NCBI GenBank assembly: GCA_050117845.1
Contig: JASFLY010000003.1
Coordinates: forward strand, 64,001 to 128,000
Source of the DNA: Candidatus Zixiibacteriota bacterium
GTDB lineage: Bacteria; RBG-13-66-14; B26-G2; WVWN01
Reading direction: 5' to 3'
Length of the DNA stretch: 64,000 nt
The position numbers and the translations under genes are program-made. Shown in pieces: positions 19,399 through 29,248 of this stretch (position 1 is the stretch's first letter; each line of letters opens with the position of its first letter). A model generated the notes under the pieces. The model did no database searches, was not told where the DNA came from, and saw only the letters and a list, made by a program, of their open reading frames with translations.

Positions 19399-19761
19399 AT
19401 GGAAGCGTTATTCGACGTGCTGGACTACTTCACCTACGGTATCGCCATCGTCGGCGGCCTGCTGGCGATCCTCTGGATTTTTAATAGTACCATTAAGGAA
19501 CGCCGGGGCGTAGAACGCCGCGCGGCGCGGGTGCGAAACCCCGCGTTCGAACGCATCCTGACCCAGGGCGCGTTACTCCAGCGTCTCGGCTTCAGCACGG
19601 CCTCCGTCGCTACCGGCGTCGCCATTCTCTGGTTCGCCCGGGGTTATTATAACAAATACCACGTCAACGTCGCGACCGCGTACTTTTACGTGGCCGCGGT
19701 TCTTATCGGCATTGGGGCCATCGGCGTTATACTATGTTTACTCTTCCGAAATAAGGAGTGA
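19399..19761 (+). CDS. Hypothetical three-TM membrane protein
   Basis: 120-aa ORF with three hydrophobic segments; TTGACT-17-GATAAT promoter at 19362-19390. Confidence 0.65.
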   Translation: MEALFDVLDYFTYGIAIVGGLLAILWIFNSTIKERRGVERRAARVRNPAFERILTQGALLQRLGFSTASVATGVAILWFARGYYNKYHVNVATAYFYVAAVLIGIGAIGVILCLLFRNKE

Positions 19762-19765
19762 TAAT

Positions 19766-20677
19766 ATGAAAAAGATATCCGTAATTATATCAGCCATACT
19801 CGTCGCTACCGCCCTTTTGTTCTGGGGCTGCGGTACGACCGACCAACCCACCGTCAAATGGCTGAGTTCCATGGAAGAGGGTAAAGAGAAGGCGACATCG
19901 GAGAAGAAGCACCTCCTCGTATATTATAGCGCCGACTGGAGTAAGATGTCGGAGCGGTTCGAGGACGACGTCCTGGACGACGCCACGGTCGAGGAAAAAC
20001 TGGCCGCCGACTTCATAGCGGTCCACATCGATTCCGACGTGGACGAGGAGACGCCGGTCGCGTACAACGTAAACGCCTTCCCCACTACCATCTTCTATAC
20101 GCCCACCGGCGAGGAGGTTACCCGGGTCGTGGGCGCGGTCCCGGCCGAGGAATTCGCGAAACTGGTGGACGACATTGTGGCCGGGAAAGTCGAGACGTTG
20201 GTGCAGCTCCTGGCCCGCGAGGAGGCCAACCCGGACGACCTGAAACTCGCGTACGAGATAGGGACGATGTACGTCGAGACGGGCCGGCCGGAGAAAGCCC
20301 GGTCCCGCTTCGATAAGGTCATCGCGGGCGACGCGGAGAACGGAACCGGCCTCGTCCCCGGCGCACTCCTGCAACGGGGTTTCATCGACCTAATGGCCCC
20401 CAACGCGGAGGGCGCGATTCCGGCCTTCAACGAGGTCATAGAGAAATACCCCGATTCCCCGGAAGCGGTTAAATGCTACCTCTACCTGGGCGACGCCGAC
20501 CATCTACTCGACGACGTTGAGGGAGCCGTAGAAGCCTACCGTCACGTCGTCGAGGCTTACCCGGATTCCCCGGAGGCGGAAGAGGCCCAACGCAAACTGA
20601 CGAAGCTTACGATGTTCGAGGATACCGTGGAAGCTTTCGCCCAGGGTCCCGAGACGGCGGCCGGCGAAGGCAAATAG
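19766..20677 (+). CDS. Lipoprotein with thioredoxin-like and TPR domains
   Basis: ATG at 19766 after AAGGAG; lipobox LFWGC. Trx-like YSADWSKMS...AFPTTIF followed by TPR/YfiO-like KYPDSPEA repeats. Confidence 0.85.
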   Translation: MKKISVIISAILVATALLFWGCGTTDQPTVKWLSSMEEGKEKATSEKKHLLVYYSADWSKMSERFEDDVLDDATVEEKLAADFIAVHIDSDVDEETPVAYNVNAFPTTIFYTPTGEEVTRVVGAVPAEEFAKLVDDIVAGKVETLVQLLAREEANPDDLKLAYEIGTMYVETGRPEKARSRFDKVIAGDAENGTGLVPGALLQRGFIDLMAPNAEGAIPAFNEVIEKYPDSPEAVKCYLYLGDADHLLDDVEGAVEAYRHVVEAYPDSPEAEEAQRKLTKLTMFEDTVEAFAQGPETAAGEGK

Positions 20678-20701
20678 GACGGCGGTAAAGCACGCGAAAA
20701 C

Positions 20702-20731
20702 AAAAAGCCGACCCGCGGGGCCGGCTTTTTT
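20702..20731. terminator. Bidirectional intrinsic terminator
   Basis: AAAAAGCCGACCCGCGGGGCCGGCTTTTTT between convergent genes. Confidence 0.8.
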
Positions 20732-20744
20732 ACTTGTAAGATTG

Positions 20745-21674
20745 TTACGCCGGGCTACCGGCCGGTTTCGGCCGTCGTATGGACTCCGGTTCGCGCAGGA
20801 TGAAGTAGCGCGGATTAACGGGGATGCCGTCCTTGATAACCTCGTAATGGACGTGGGTGCAACTCGAGCGGCCGGTGCTCCCCACGTACCCGATGACCTG
20901 ACCCCGTTTCACCTCGGATCCGACGCGTACGGCGTTCCGCATATTATGGGCATAGCGGGTAACGTAGCCGCTGCCGTGGTCTATCTGGACCGTCAGGCCG
21001 TAATGCTCCTCCAGGCCCGCCGCCGTTACGACGCCCGCCGCCGTCGCGACGACGGGAGTGCCGCGCGGCGCCGCGACGTCTAGGCCCGCGTGCATCTCCA
21101 CCCTTCCGGTGAACGGCGACACGGTGTTGCCGAAGTCCCGGTATAGCCAGCCCTGGCAGGGCATAATGGACGGCACGACCTCGAGCAGGCCCGGGTCCTC
21201 GTCGAAACGCGTGCTGACCTTACCCAGGTTCTCCTCGAGCCGGGCGACGCGTTCGGCGACGCCGTCGAGCGTCCCCGCGTTATCCAGTTCCTCGTATACC
21301 AGCAGGTCTTCGGGGTCCCGGACCTCGTGGAGGCGATGTTCGCGCTCCAGGAGTTCGTATTGGCCGCCGACCTCCTCGACCTTGACGTCGAGTTCGTCGA
21401 GACCCTTTTCCATCACGTCGAGCTTGTAACTCTCCTCGCGCTCCCGCTTCTCGTACGCGCCGAGCTGGGAAAGTTTTATAACGTTTTTCCAGTAATCGGA
21501 AACCATCAAACCCGCCGCCACGAGAACGGCAAGCGTCCCCGATACCAAAAACACGAGCACGATGACGTGGACGAGGAGGTTCCGGCTCCGGCCGCCGCCG
21601 TGCGGAACGATCATCACGTTCATCCGGCCGCTCTTGGCGCGGGCCGATTTATTCTTGTCCTTCTTCTTAAACAT
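20745..21674 (-). CDS. M23 family metallopeptidase (peptidoglycan endopeptidase)
   Basis: TM and coiled coil, then PSIMP...HAGLDVAAPRGTPV...YAHN...GSTGRSSCTHVHYEV. Confidence 0.94.
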   Translation of the reverse strand: MFKKKDKNKSARAKSGRMNVMIVPHGGGRSRNLLVHVIVLVFLVSGTLAVLVAAGLMVSDYWKNVIKLSQLGAYEKREREESYKLDVMEKGLDELDVKVEEVGGQYELLEREHRLHEVRDPEDLLVYEELDNAGTLDGVAERVARLEENLGKVSTRFDEDPGLLEVVPSIMPCQGWLYRDFGNTVSPFTGRVEMHAGLDVAAPRGTPVVATAAGVVTAAGLEEHYGLTVQIDHGSGYVTRYAHNMRNAVRVGSEVKRGQVIGYVGSTGRSSCTHVHYEVIKDGIPVNPRYFILREPESIRRPKPAGSPA

Positions 21675-21689
21675 GGAGTTAACCCGCGT

Positions 21690-21718
21690 ATTTTACCGAA
21701 AAACCGCCGGCCGGTCAA
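21690..21718 (-). promoter_or_regulatory. Sigma70-type promoter for the M23 gene
   Basis: TTGACC-17 nt-TAAAAT, 15 nt upstream of the ATG. Confidence 0.65.
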
Positions 21719-21923
21719 GGTCAATCCGTAGCCCGCACGGGCCGGTAAGCCCTTTCTTTGCCGCTGTGGACGCCGCTCCGCGTCGGCCGCCGCGGGCTCC
21801 GGGCGCCTCCTCGCGCGCTGCGGGGTCGCCCTCCGCACTGTAGTCGACGCCGGACCTACCGTTCGCGGGACGGGGATTATCGCCCGTCGGGCCAACGGGT
21901 ACCAGCACTCGATAATACGAGTT

Positions 21924-22664
21924 CTATTGGGGGGGGTTAGGCCGACCCGCCAGCGTTTTTTTCTTCCGCCGCAGACGCAATACGCCCAGGAACGCGGTCA
22001 ATATCTCCGTGCGGGAAAGGTTGGATTGGCCTCGCCGCCGGTTAACGAAAACGGTCGGCACGTCGGCGAAGCGGCAGCCCCGGAGGTAAAGTTGGTAGGC
22101 TATCTCGCTCAGGACGATGTACCCGGACGCGTCGATCAACGAGGGGTCGAGCGCCTCCACCGCCGACCGTCGGTAGCAGCGGTATCCGTTGGTGTAGTCC
22201 GAGATGGGAATGCGCAGGAAAAAGCGGGCGTAGAGGTTGGCCAGTTTGCTAAAAAAGCGCCGGGTCCCGGGCCAATTCTCTATGCGGGAATCCGGCAGGT
22301 AGCGCGACCCGACGACGACGTCCGCCGCCGCCACCGCATCGAGGAATAGCGGCAGCTCCTCCGGCCGGTGCGAGAAGTCGGCGTCCATCTCGAAGAAGAG
22401 GTCGTAATCCCCCGGAAGGCCGCGTGCGAAGCCGGCCAGCACCGCTCCCCCCCGGCCGCCCTTGCCCTCCCGGCACAGCACGTCCATGCGGCCGGGGAAC
22501 TCCGCCGCCACGGCCTCGGCCGCCGCGGCCGTGCCGTCCGGCGAGTTATCGTCCACCACGAGGACGTCAGGCCGCTCCGGCCTCTCCAACAGGACCCGAC
22601 ACAAGGCGGGGACGTTATCGTGCTCGTTATACGTCGGAATAACTACGAGGATGCGAGGCGCCAT
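21924..22664 (-). CDS. GT2 polyprenol-monophospho-sugar (DPM1-like) synthase
   Basis: VIPTYNE, VVDDNSPDGT, EMDADFSH, VVVGSRY and DYTNGYR. Confidence 0.92.
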   Translation of the reverse strand: MAPRILVVIPTYNEHDNVPALCRVLLERPERPDVLVVDDNSPDGTAAAAEAVAAEFPGRMDVLCREGKGGRGGAVLAGFARGLPGDYDLFFEMDADFSHRPEELPLFLDAVAAADVVVGSRYLPDSRIENWPGTRRFFSKLANLYARFFLRIPISDYTNGYRCYRRSAVEALDPSLIDASGYIVLSEIAYQLYLRGCRFADVPTVFVNRRRGQSNLSRTEILTAFLGVLRLRRKKKTLAGRPNPPQ

Positions 22665-22688
22665 TATCACCGTTCGCCCGGCGGCCGC

Positions 22689-23915
22689 TCAGCGGCCGGC
22701 GATAAACTCGTCGAAGAGGCCGACGACGTAATCGGCGTCGTCGTCCGTTATGTTCTGGTGACAACCGATGTAGAAACCGCGCGAGCCGACGTACTCGGCC
22801 CCCGGGAAATCTCCCTCGCGGTGCCCCATCCATTCGTACGCCGGCTGTTGGGTGGGGATGGCCCCGAAGGCCGGCCTGGTCTCGACGCCGTGCTGCTCGA
22901 GATACTTGGTCAACTCGAAGCGCTGGAAGGGCGCCCCTTCCCGGACGACGATGGGATAGCAGAGGGGGCTTATCTCCTCGCCCTCGGCGGGACGGAATAG
23001 CTTCAGGTATTCCTCGTACCGGACCAGCCGCTCGTTGTAATATTCCAGGCGGGCGCGCCGGGCCCCGACGATGTCGTCCATCAACGCGACCTGCTCGACG
23101 CCCAGCGCCGCCTCCAGCTCGTTCATCTTGCTGGAGAAACCGACGCGTTCGAAGTGGAAGCGAATATCGGTGTTGTCACCGTATTTGTAGCGGAGGGGGC
23201 AATAACTGGAGTCGACGTTGAGGACGCAGACCTTGCAATCGCAGGCGCGGCCGTGGGCGCGGATACTCCGGCAGAGGCGGGCCAGGTCGGCGTCGTCGGT
23301 TATGACCATGCCGCCCTCGCCCGTCGTCAGGATATGGGCCACGTAGAACGAATAGGTGGCCATGGCACCGAAGGTCCCGACGAGGCGGCCTTTGTAGCGG
23401 GCGCCGTGGGCCTCGGCGGCGTCCTCGATGAGCGTCAGATTATGGCGCCGCGCGACGTCCATAAGCTCGTCCAGCGGCGCCGGCCGGCCGAAGTTGTGCA
23501 CGGCCATAATCGCGCGCGTCTTCGGCGTTATGGCGGCCTCGACGGCGGCGGGGTCGAGATTATAACTATCCGGGTCCACGTCCGCGAAACGGGGCGTCAG
23601 GCCGGCGTGCAGGACGGCGTTCGCGACCGAGATAAACGTGAGGGCGGGGACCACTACCTCGTCGCCCCGCCGGGCCCCGGTCTCGAGCAGCGTCGCGACG
23701 GCGACGGCGTCGGCGTCGGTCCCGGTCGAGACCGCGATGCCGTACTGCAGGCCGTGGTACGCCGCGAAGGCGTCCTCGAATTCCTGGACGTATTTGCCGC
23801 CCGAAATCCGGCCCCGCGTCAGGGCTTCCATTACGCGTTTTTTCCCGTCCTCGCCCACGGCCACGGTGCCGACGGAGATGCGGCGCTCGGGGGCGGGCAC
23901 CTTTTTTTCGACCAT
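22689..23915 (-). CDS. DegT/DnrJ-fold PLP enzyme, RfbH/E1-like sugar 3-dehydrase variant
   Basis: IEDAAEAHGA; SFYVAHILTTGEGG has His at the usual Schiff-base Lys; Cys-rich HGRACDCKVC...YC. Confidence 0.85.
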   Translation of the reverse strand: MVEKKVPAPERRISVGTVAVGEDGKKRVMEALTRGRISGGKYVQEFEDAFAAYHGLQYGIAVSTGTDADAVAVATLLETGARRGDEVVVPALTFISVANAVLHAGLTPRFADVDPDSYNLDPAAVEAAITPKTRAIMAVHNFGRPAPLDELMDVARRHNLTLIEDAAEAHGARYKGRLVGTFGAMATYSFYVAHILTTGEGGMVITDDADLARLCRSIRAHGRACDCKVCVLNVDSSYCPLRYKYGDNTDIRFHFERVGFSSKMNELEAALGVEQVALMDDIVGARRARLEYYNERLVRYEEYLKLFRPAEGEEISPLCYPIVVREGAPFQRFELTKYLEQHGVETRPAFGAIPTQQPAYEWMGHREGDFPGAEYVGSRGFYIGCHQNITDDDADYVVGLFDEFIAGR

Positions 23916-24027
23916 AAATTACCCTCGTGGAATCGGAATGTAAAACGGCGTCGGCCTGCGACGTACTACCGTAAAAAAGTAGTCCCGGTAAAGCTTTTAG
24001 GGGGCGAACGGGCCGGGGCCGTTTTAA

Positions 24028-24056
24028 TTGACGCTCAAATTGACGAATGCTATAAT
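24028..24056 (+). promoter_or_regulatory. Sigma70-type promoter for folK-panBCD
   Basis: TTGACG-17 nt-TATAAT with a TG extension. AATTGACG occurs twice, 12 nt apart. Confidence 0.75.
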
Positions 24057-24074
24057 GTATCATAAAATACAATT

Positions 24075-24581
24075 ATGATGCGCGATAAAATAAATGCTTT
24101 CCTGGCCCTCGGTTCGAACGAGGGGGACCGTCTCGCGAATATCGACGCGGCCGAGTCCGCCGTAGCAAGCGCCTCCGGGATTTACCTCGACCGGTCGTCG
24201 CCCACGTACGAATCCCCGGCGGCCGAACCGTGCGAGGGGCAGCCCGACTTCCTCAACCGCGTACTGGCCATCGAGATCTGGCTCACGCCACGGGAGCTGC
24301 TCACGACCTGTCTCGATATCGAAAATAAGCTGGGCCGCGACAGAGGAAAAGAGGGCGACCCCCACGTGATAGACGTCGATATCCTGCTTTTCGGCGACCT
24401 TATCCTCGACGAAGCGGACCTCAAAATCCCGCACGAGGCCCTGGCGCGCCGGCCTTTCTTCCTCAAGCCCCTCGCCGACTTGACCGGAGACATCATCCTC
24501 CCCGGCTACGGCGTATCCATCAACAGCCTGCTGGCTGGACTCGCGCCGTACGAGTTGACGCTTTTCGAAAAGAAATACTAA
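24075..24581 (+). CDS. folK: 2-amino-4-hydroxy-6-hydroxymethyldihydropteridine diphosphokinase
   Basis: FLALGSNEGDR, QPDFLN, IENKLGR, IDVDILLF and LKIPH. Confidence 0.94.
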   Translation: MMRDKINAFLALGSNEGDRLANIDAAESAVASASGIYLDRSSPTYESPAAEPCEGQPDFLNRVLAIEIWLTPRELLTTCLDIENKLGRDRGKEGDPHVIDVDILLFGDLILDEADLKIPHEALARRPFFLKPLADLTGDIILPGYGVSINSLLAGLAPYELTLFEKKY

Positions 24582-24583
24582 AT

Positions 24584-25441
24584 ATGAATAAAACTACCGC
24601 CGCCGATATTATCAAACTCAAGCGCGATGGGAAACCCGTGGTATGCCTCACGGCGTACGACTACCCCACCGGCGCCGTCGTGGACGAGGCCGGCGTAGAC
24701 CTTATCCTCGTCGGCGATACGGTGGGAATGGTTGTCCAGGGCCGCGAGAACACGCTGGCCGTCACGGTCGACGAAATGGTCTACCACGTCGCCATGGTCA
24801 AACGGGCGACGGAGCGGGCGATGCTCGTGGCCGATATGCCGTTTATGTCCTTTCAGGAAAGCGACGAGGAAACCCTCCACAACGCCGGCCGGCTTATCAA
24901 AGAGGGCGGGGCCGAGGCCGTCAAGCTGGAAGGGGCGACGCCCGACACCGTGCGCCGCATAAAAAAAATCGTCGGCAGCGGCGTCCCAGTGATGGGCCAT
25001 TTGGGGTACACGCCCCAGAGTTTCCATTATTTCGGCCGACATATCGTCCAGGGAAAAACGGCCGCCCGGGCCCGTGTCATGGTCGAGCAGGCATTGCTCC
25101 TGCAGGAGGCCGGGTGCTTCTCCATCGTCCTCGAGATGGTCCCGCGCCAACTGGCCGGCCTTATATCGCGCAAGCTGTACGTGCCCACCATCGGCATCGG
25201 ATCCGGGGCGGAATGCGACGGCCAGATACTGGTCCTCCACGATCTGGTCGGGTTCTACCGGGGATATATCCCCAAGTTCGTCCGTAAACTCGCGGACGTT
25301 AACGAGGCTATGCGGGAAGCCGTTGTGCAGTACGGGGAGTTGGTCCGGAACGGGGAATACCCCGCCGACGAGGAATCGGTGGAAATGGCCGAGGACGCCT
25401 GGGCCGAAATATCCGAACTCGACCGGCCGGACGAGGGTTAA
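24584..25441 (+). CDS. panB: 3-methyl-2-oxobutanoate hydroxymethyltransferase
   Basis: LTAYDY, LVGDT, VADMPFMS, VKLEG, VMGHLGYTPQS and IGIGSG...DGQILV. Confidence 0.97.
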   Translation: MNKTTAADIIKLKRDGKPVVCLTAYDYPTGAVVDEAGVDLILVGDTVGMVVQGRENTLAVTVDEMVYHVAMVKRATERAMLVADMPFMSFQESDEETLHNAGRLIKEGGAEAVKLEGATPDTVRRIKKIVGSGVPVMGHLGYTPQSFHYFGRHIVQGKTAARARVMVEQALLLQEAGCFSIVLEMVPRQLAGLISRKLYVPTIGIGSGAECDGQILVLHDLVGFYRGYIPKFVRKLADVNEAMREAVVQYGELVRNGEYPADEESVEMAEDAWAEISELDRPDEG

Positions 25442-25445
25442 AACG

Positions 25446-26321
25446 GTGGAAGTCGTAGTCTCAGCTCGTGAAATGCAATCGACGGCGGAAAGTATTCGCC
25501 GTGAAAACTTAACGCTCGGCCTCGTCCCCACGATGGGGTACTTCCACGAGGGCCACCTCTCGCTGATGCGGCGGGCGCGGGCCGAGTGCGACCGCGTCGT
25601 CGTAAGCCTCTTCGTCAACCCGACGCAATTCGGGCCCGGCGAGGACCTGGCCCGCTATCCCCGCGACGAGGAGAACGATAAGCGGTTGGCCGCCGCCGCG
25701 GGCGTGGATTACATATTCATCCCCGACGAGGCGGAGATGTACCCCGAGGGTTACGCCACGTACGTCGACGTCCTCCGCATATCCACCGGCCTGTGCGGCG
25801 GTCGACGGCCCGGCCACTTCCGGGGCGTCGCGACGGTCGTGGCCAAGCTATTCAACCTCTGCCGGCCCGCGGTGGCCTACTTCGGCCGCAAGGATTACCA
25901 GCAGGCCCAGGTAATAAAGCGGCTGGCGGAGGACCTGAGCTTCGGCCTCGAGATACGGGTTCTGCCGATAATCAGGGAGGCCGACGGCCTCGCCATGTCC
26001 TCCCGCAACAAGTACCTTTCCCCCGAGGAGCGGCGCCAGGCCACCTGCCTCGTTCGGGCCCTCGCCCGGGGCCAGGAGCTTTTCGGCCGGGGGGAGTGCG
26101 ACGCCGCGAAAATCGTTCGGGAAATGACGGAGATTATTAAACGCGAGCCGGCCGCACGTGTCGATTATGTAGAGATAGTGCACCCGGAGGAACTCACGCC
26201 GGCCCCGAAGGCCGACCCGGGAACGGTCGCCGCGCTCGCCGTTTTTATCAACGAAACCAGGCTCATAGACAACACGGTATTCGGCGAAGACGATTTAAGG
26301 ATTGGTGCAACGCAATGTTGA
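25446..26321 (+). CDS. panC: Pantoate--beta-alanine ligase
   Basis: GTG start at 25446; [46 protein letters not shown] and RLIDN. Confidence 0.97.
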   Translation: MEVVVSAREMQSTAESIRRENLTLGLVPTMGYFHEGHLSLMRRARAECDRVVVSLFVNPTQFGPGEDLARYPRDEENDKRLAAAAGVDYIFIPDEAEMYPEGYATYVDVLRISTGLCGGRRPGHFRGVATVVAKLFNLCRPAVAYFGRKDYQQAQVIKRLAEDLSFGLEIRVLPIIREADGLAMSSRNKYLSPEERRQATCLVRALARGQELFGRGECDAAKIVREMTEIIKREPAARVDYVEIVHPEELTPAPKADPGTVAALAVFINETRLIDNTVFGEDDLRIGATQC

Positions 26322-26650
26322 GGCGCTTTCTCATAGGGAAAATCCACCGGGCCGCGATAACCGAAACCCAACTGGGCTACGAGGGAAGCATCGGCCTGGA
26401 CGAGGAATTGATGGAAGCGGCGGGGCTCCTCCCCGGCGAGATGGTTCACGTTTTCAATATTAACACCGGCCACCGTTTCGAGACCTATACCATACCGATG
26501 CCCCGCGGCTCGAGAGAGGTCATTCTAAACGGCGCCGCGGCGCGGTTGGGCGAGGCGGGCGACCGGATTATTATCCTGGCGTACGCCCTGGCCGAAGAAC
26601 AGCCCGAAGTCAAACGCATCGAATTGGACGAAAACAACGTCATACAATAA
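26315..26650 (+). CDS. panD: Aspartate 1-decarboxylase
   Basis: KIHRA, YEGS self-cleavage site, RFETY and NGAAAR. Confidence 0.95.
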   Translation: MLRRFLIGKIHRAAITETQLGYEGSIGLDEELMEAAGLLPGEMVHVFNINTGHRFETYTIPMPRGSREVILNGAAARLGEAGDRIIILAYALAEEQPEVKRIELDENNVIQ

Positions 26651-26701
26651 ACTCCAACCGCGCGTGGGGGTATTGACACGCTTCTTTATTCGGACAATAG
26701 T

Positions 26702-29248
26702 TTGCGGCGGCGCGCGTGCGCGCGCCTGCTTTTCGCGTTGTTAATCCCGGCCTTGCTCGCCGGGAGCGCGGCCGCCGTGACCGAAGAGGAAGCCTTCGCG
26801 CTGGGCCGGAAGATGTTCAACCGCGGCTTGTATAAAGCGGCCTACCGTGACTTCGACGACTACCTGAACCAAAATCCGGCCGGCGAATGGGCCGACGAGG
26901 CCCAGTTTTATCTGGGCCGTTCCCTGCAAGAGATGGGAAGCTACAACGAGGCCGTCGCGGAATACCGGCGAGTCGTCAACAACTACCCCACATCGCCCTT
27001 CGTCGCCCGGGCGCTCATAAACAAAGCCGCGTGCTACGGGGCCCTGGGCCTCCAGGACGAATCGATAACGACGTACCGTCGCGCCCTGGCCGCGGCGACG
27101 GACGGCGACGACCTGGTGCGGGCTTACCTCGAGTTGGGGGAAACGTACTTCGCCGTCGGCGATACCGGCCTGGCGGTTGAAACCTACGAGGAATCGCTCG
27201 GCAAATTCCCCCACGCAGCCACCGCCGGGACCGTCCACTTTCGGTTGGCCCTCCTGTACTACCTGGAAGGCGAACCCGCCGAAAGTGCGCGGCACTTCGA
27301 GGCCGCGGCCCTGTCCGAAAACGTAGACGGCGCCGGCGTGAATGCCGCGTACGGGGAAAGCCTGCTCGCCGCCGGCGACGCCGCCGGGGCTTCCGCCGCG
27401 TTCGAGGCCGCCCTGGCCCAGGCCCCCGAATACGATAGGAACCGGCCCAACCTCTCCCGGGCGGTGGCGTACGTGGCGGGCGGTGATGGGGCCCGGGGCG
27501 CGAATGTCCTGCGGGAAATACTCTCGGCCGACGACGCCCCGGCCGATCCGCCGACGGAAGCGGAAGCCCGGTACGTTCTGGCGTTCGCGCTGCTCGAGAA
27601 CGGCCACCGGGAAGACGCCCGGGAGGAGTTCCTGGAACTCGTGCGCCGCCATCCCGGAAGCGAGTACACGCCCTCGGCCAAGATGTGGGTAGGCAGGTTG
27701 GCCCTGGAAAGCGGCGACGTGAACGGCGCCGCCGCCTTCTTCGGCGATCTGGCCCGCGCCGACGACTCCCTGGCGTACGAGGCCCGGTACTGGCTGGGGT
27801 GGTGCCACTTCGTCGCCGGGGACTTCTCTTTGGCCCGCGACACCTTCGTGGCACTCGCCGGGGACAACGCGGACCCGGCCCTCACGCCGTACGCCCGTTA
27901 CTGGGCCGCGGAAGCGGCGACCCGCGCCGGCAACACGCCGGAGGCCAGGGATATGTTGGCCGCGTTCGTAGACCGTTATCCCGAGCACGCGCTGGCCGAC
28001 AACGCGCTCTTCCGCCTGGGCAAACTGTACCTCGCCGCCGGCCAGGCCGGGAACGGCCGCGACACGTTGGCGGCGCTCTCGGGCCGCTTTCCGGAACGGG
28101 ACCTCGCGGACGACGCGGCCTATCTCTACGCCGTGAGTTTCCTGGAGGACAAGAACTTCGGCGGCGCCGGCACGGCGTTCTGGGCGCTCGCCCGGAACTT
28201 CCCGGAGAGCGCGTACGCCCCCCGCGGCCTCTACGACCTGGCCAAGGGGCAATTCGGCGAACACGACTTCGGCGATGCCGCCGCCACACTTACGGCGCTC
28301 CTCGACCGCTACCCCGACGCCTACCTTGCCGACGACGCCACGTTCATGCTCGGGGAATGTTATCTCAATTCGCGTGATTACGAACGGGCGAAAGACACGT
28401 ACGGGGGACTGGTCGAGAAATTTCCCTCCTCCCCCCGTGCCGACGAGGCCCGGTACGAGATAGAGCTTTGCAACTTTAAACAGGGAAAATATACGTCGCA
28501 AATTGAACTAGCCAAATCCTACATCGCCATGTATCCGCAGAGCCGCCTCAACGGCGAGCTCCTCATCCTTTTGGGCGAGTATTATTATCACCGACGGGAT
28601 TTCGACCAGGCCGAAAAATACCTCGCCGCCGTTCTCGAAGTCCAGGCGGACGCCGAGGCGCAGGTGACCTCGCGCATGAAACTGGCGGAGGTTTACCTGG
28701 CCCGGGGCGAGGTGTCGAAGGCGATAGCGCAATACTTCGCCGCGGCGGAAGCGGCTCCCGACGAGGAAACGGCGGCGGCGGCGCTATACGAAGCGGCGGA
28801 TATCTACGAACGCGCGGGCGACAAGAGCGCCGCTATCGAGACCTACCGCATGGTCGTGGACCGCGCCACGGGCGAACGCGGCTCGGCGAAAGCCCAGTTT
28901 AAAATCGGCGAAAACCTGCGCGCCGTCAAACTCTACAAGGAATCAAACGGGGCGCTCGGCAAGCTGGTGCGCGACTGGCCCGAATCGGAATACCACGCCC
29001 GGGCGGAGCTTTATCTGGGCCTCAACCTCCTCGACCTGGGTGTCGGCGAGGAAGCGGCCGCACATCTCAGCGCAGCAGCGGCCGGCGGGAACCGGGCGGT
29101 TGCGGTACAAGCGTATTATTACCTCGGCGTGGCCCAACGGGACTACGGCGACGAGGCCGCGGGCCGCGAATGTTTTAAAAAGGTACTCGCGAATTACCGG
29201 GACTTCCCGGATTGGGTTCGCAAAGCACGGGCGGAACTGAGTCGATGA
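26702..29248 (+). CDS. Large periplasmic TPR protein (BamD/CpoB-like repeats)
   Basis: Signal peptide ending AAA; many TPRs with YPxSxxAxxA signatures over 848 aa. Confidence 0.88.
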   Translation: MRRRACARLLFALLIPALLAGSAAAVTEEEAFALGRKMFNRGLYKAAYRDFDDYLNQNPAGEWADEAQFYLGRSLQEMGSYNEAVAEYRRVVNNYPTSPFVARALINKAACYGALGLQDESITTYRRALAAATDGDDLVRAYLELGETYFAVGDTGLAVETYEESLGKFPHAATAGTVHFRLALLYYLEGEPAESARHFEAAALSENVDGAGVNAAYGESLLAAGDAAGASAAFEAALAQAPEYDRNRPNLSRAVAYVAGGDGARGANVLREILSADDAPADPPTEAEARYVLAFALLENGHREDAREEFLELVRRHPGSEYTPSAKMWVGRLALESGDVNGAAAFFGDLARADDSLAYEARYWLGWCHFVAGDFSLARDTFVALAGDNADPALTPYARYWAAEAATRAGNTPEARDMLAAFVDRYPEHALADNALFRLGKLYLAAGQAGNGRDTLAALSGRFPERDLADDAAYLYAVSFLEDKNFGGAGTAFWALARNFPESAYAPRGLYDLAKGQFGEHDFGDAAATLTALLDRYPDAYLADDATFMLGECYLNSRDYERAKDTYGGLVEKFPSSPRADEARYEIELCNFKQGKYTSQIELAKSYIAMYPQSRLNGELLILLGEYYYHRRDFDQAEKYLAAVLEVQADAEAQVTSRMKLAEVYLARGEVSKAIAQYFAAAEAAPDEETAAAALYEAADIYERAGDKSAAIETYRMVVDRATGERGSAKAQFKIGENLRAVKLYKESNGALGKLVRDWPESEYHARAELYLGLNLLDLGVGEEAAAHLSAAAAGGNRAVAVQAYYYLGVAQRDYGDEAAGRECFKKVLANYRDFPDWVRKARAELSR

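Noticed and set aside
26741..28501. Long antisense or alternate-frame ORFs (for example 586 aa here, 556 aa at 46811-48481, 482 aa at 12119-13567)
   Set aside because: They overlap well-supported genes and are expected shadows of high-GC codon usage, with no recognisable motifs.
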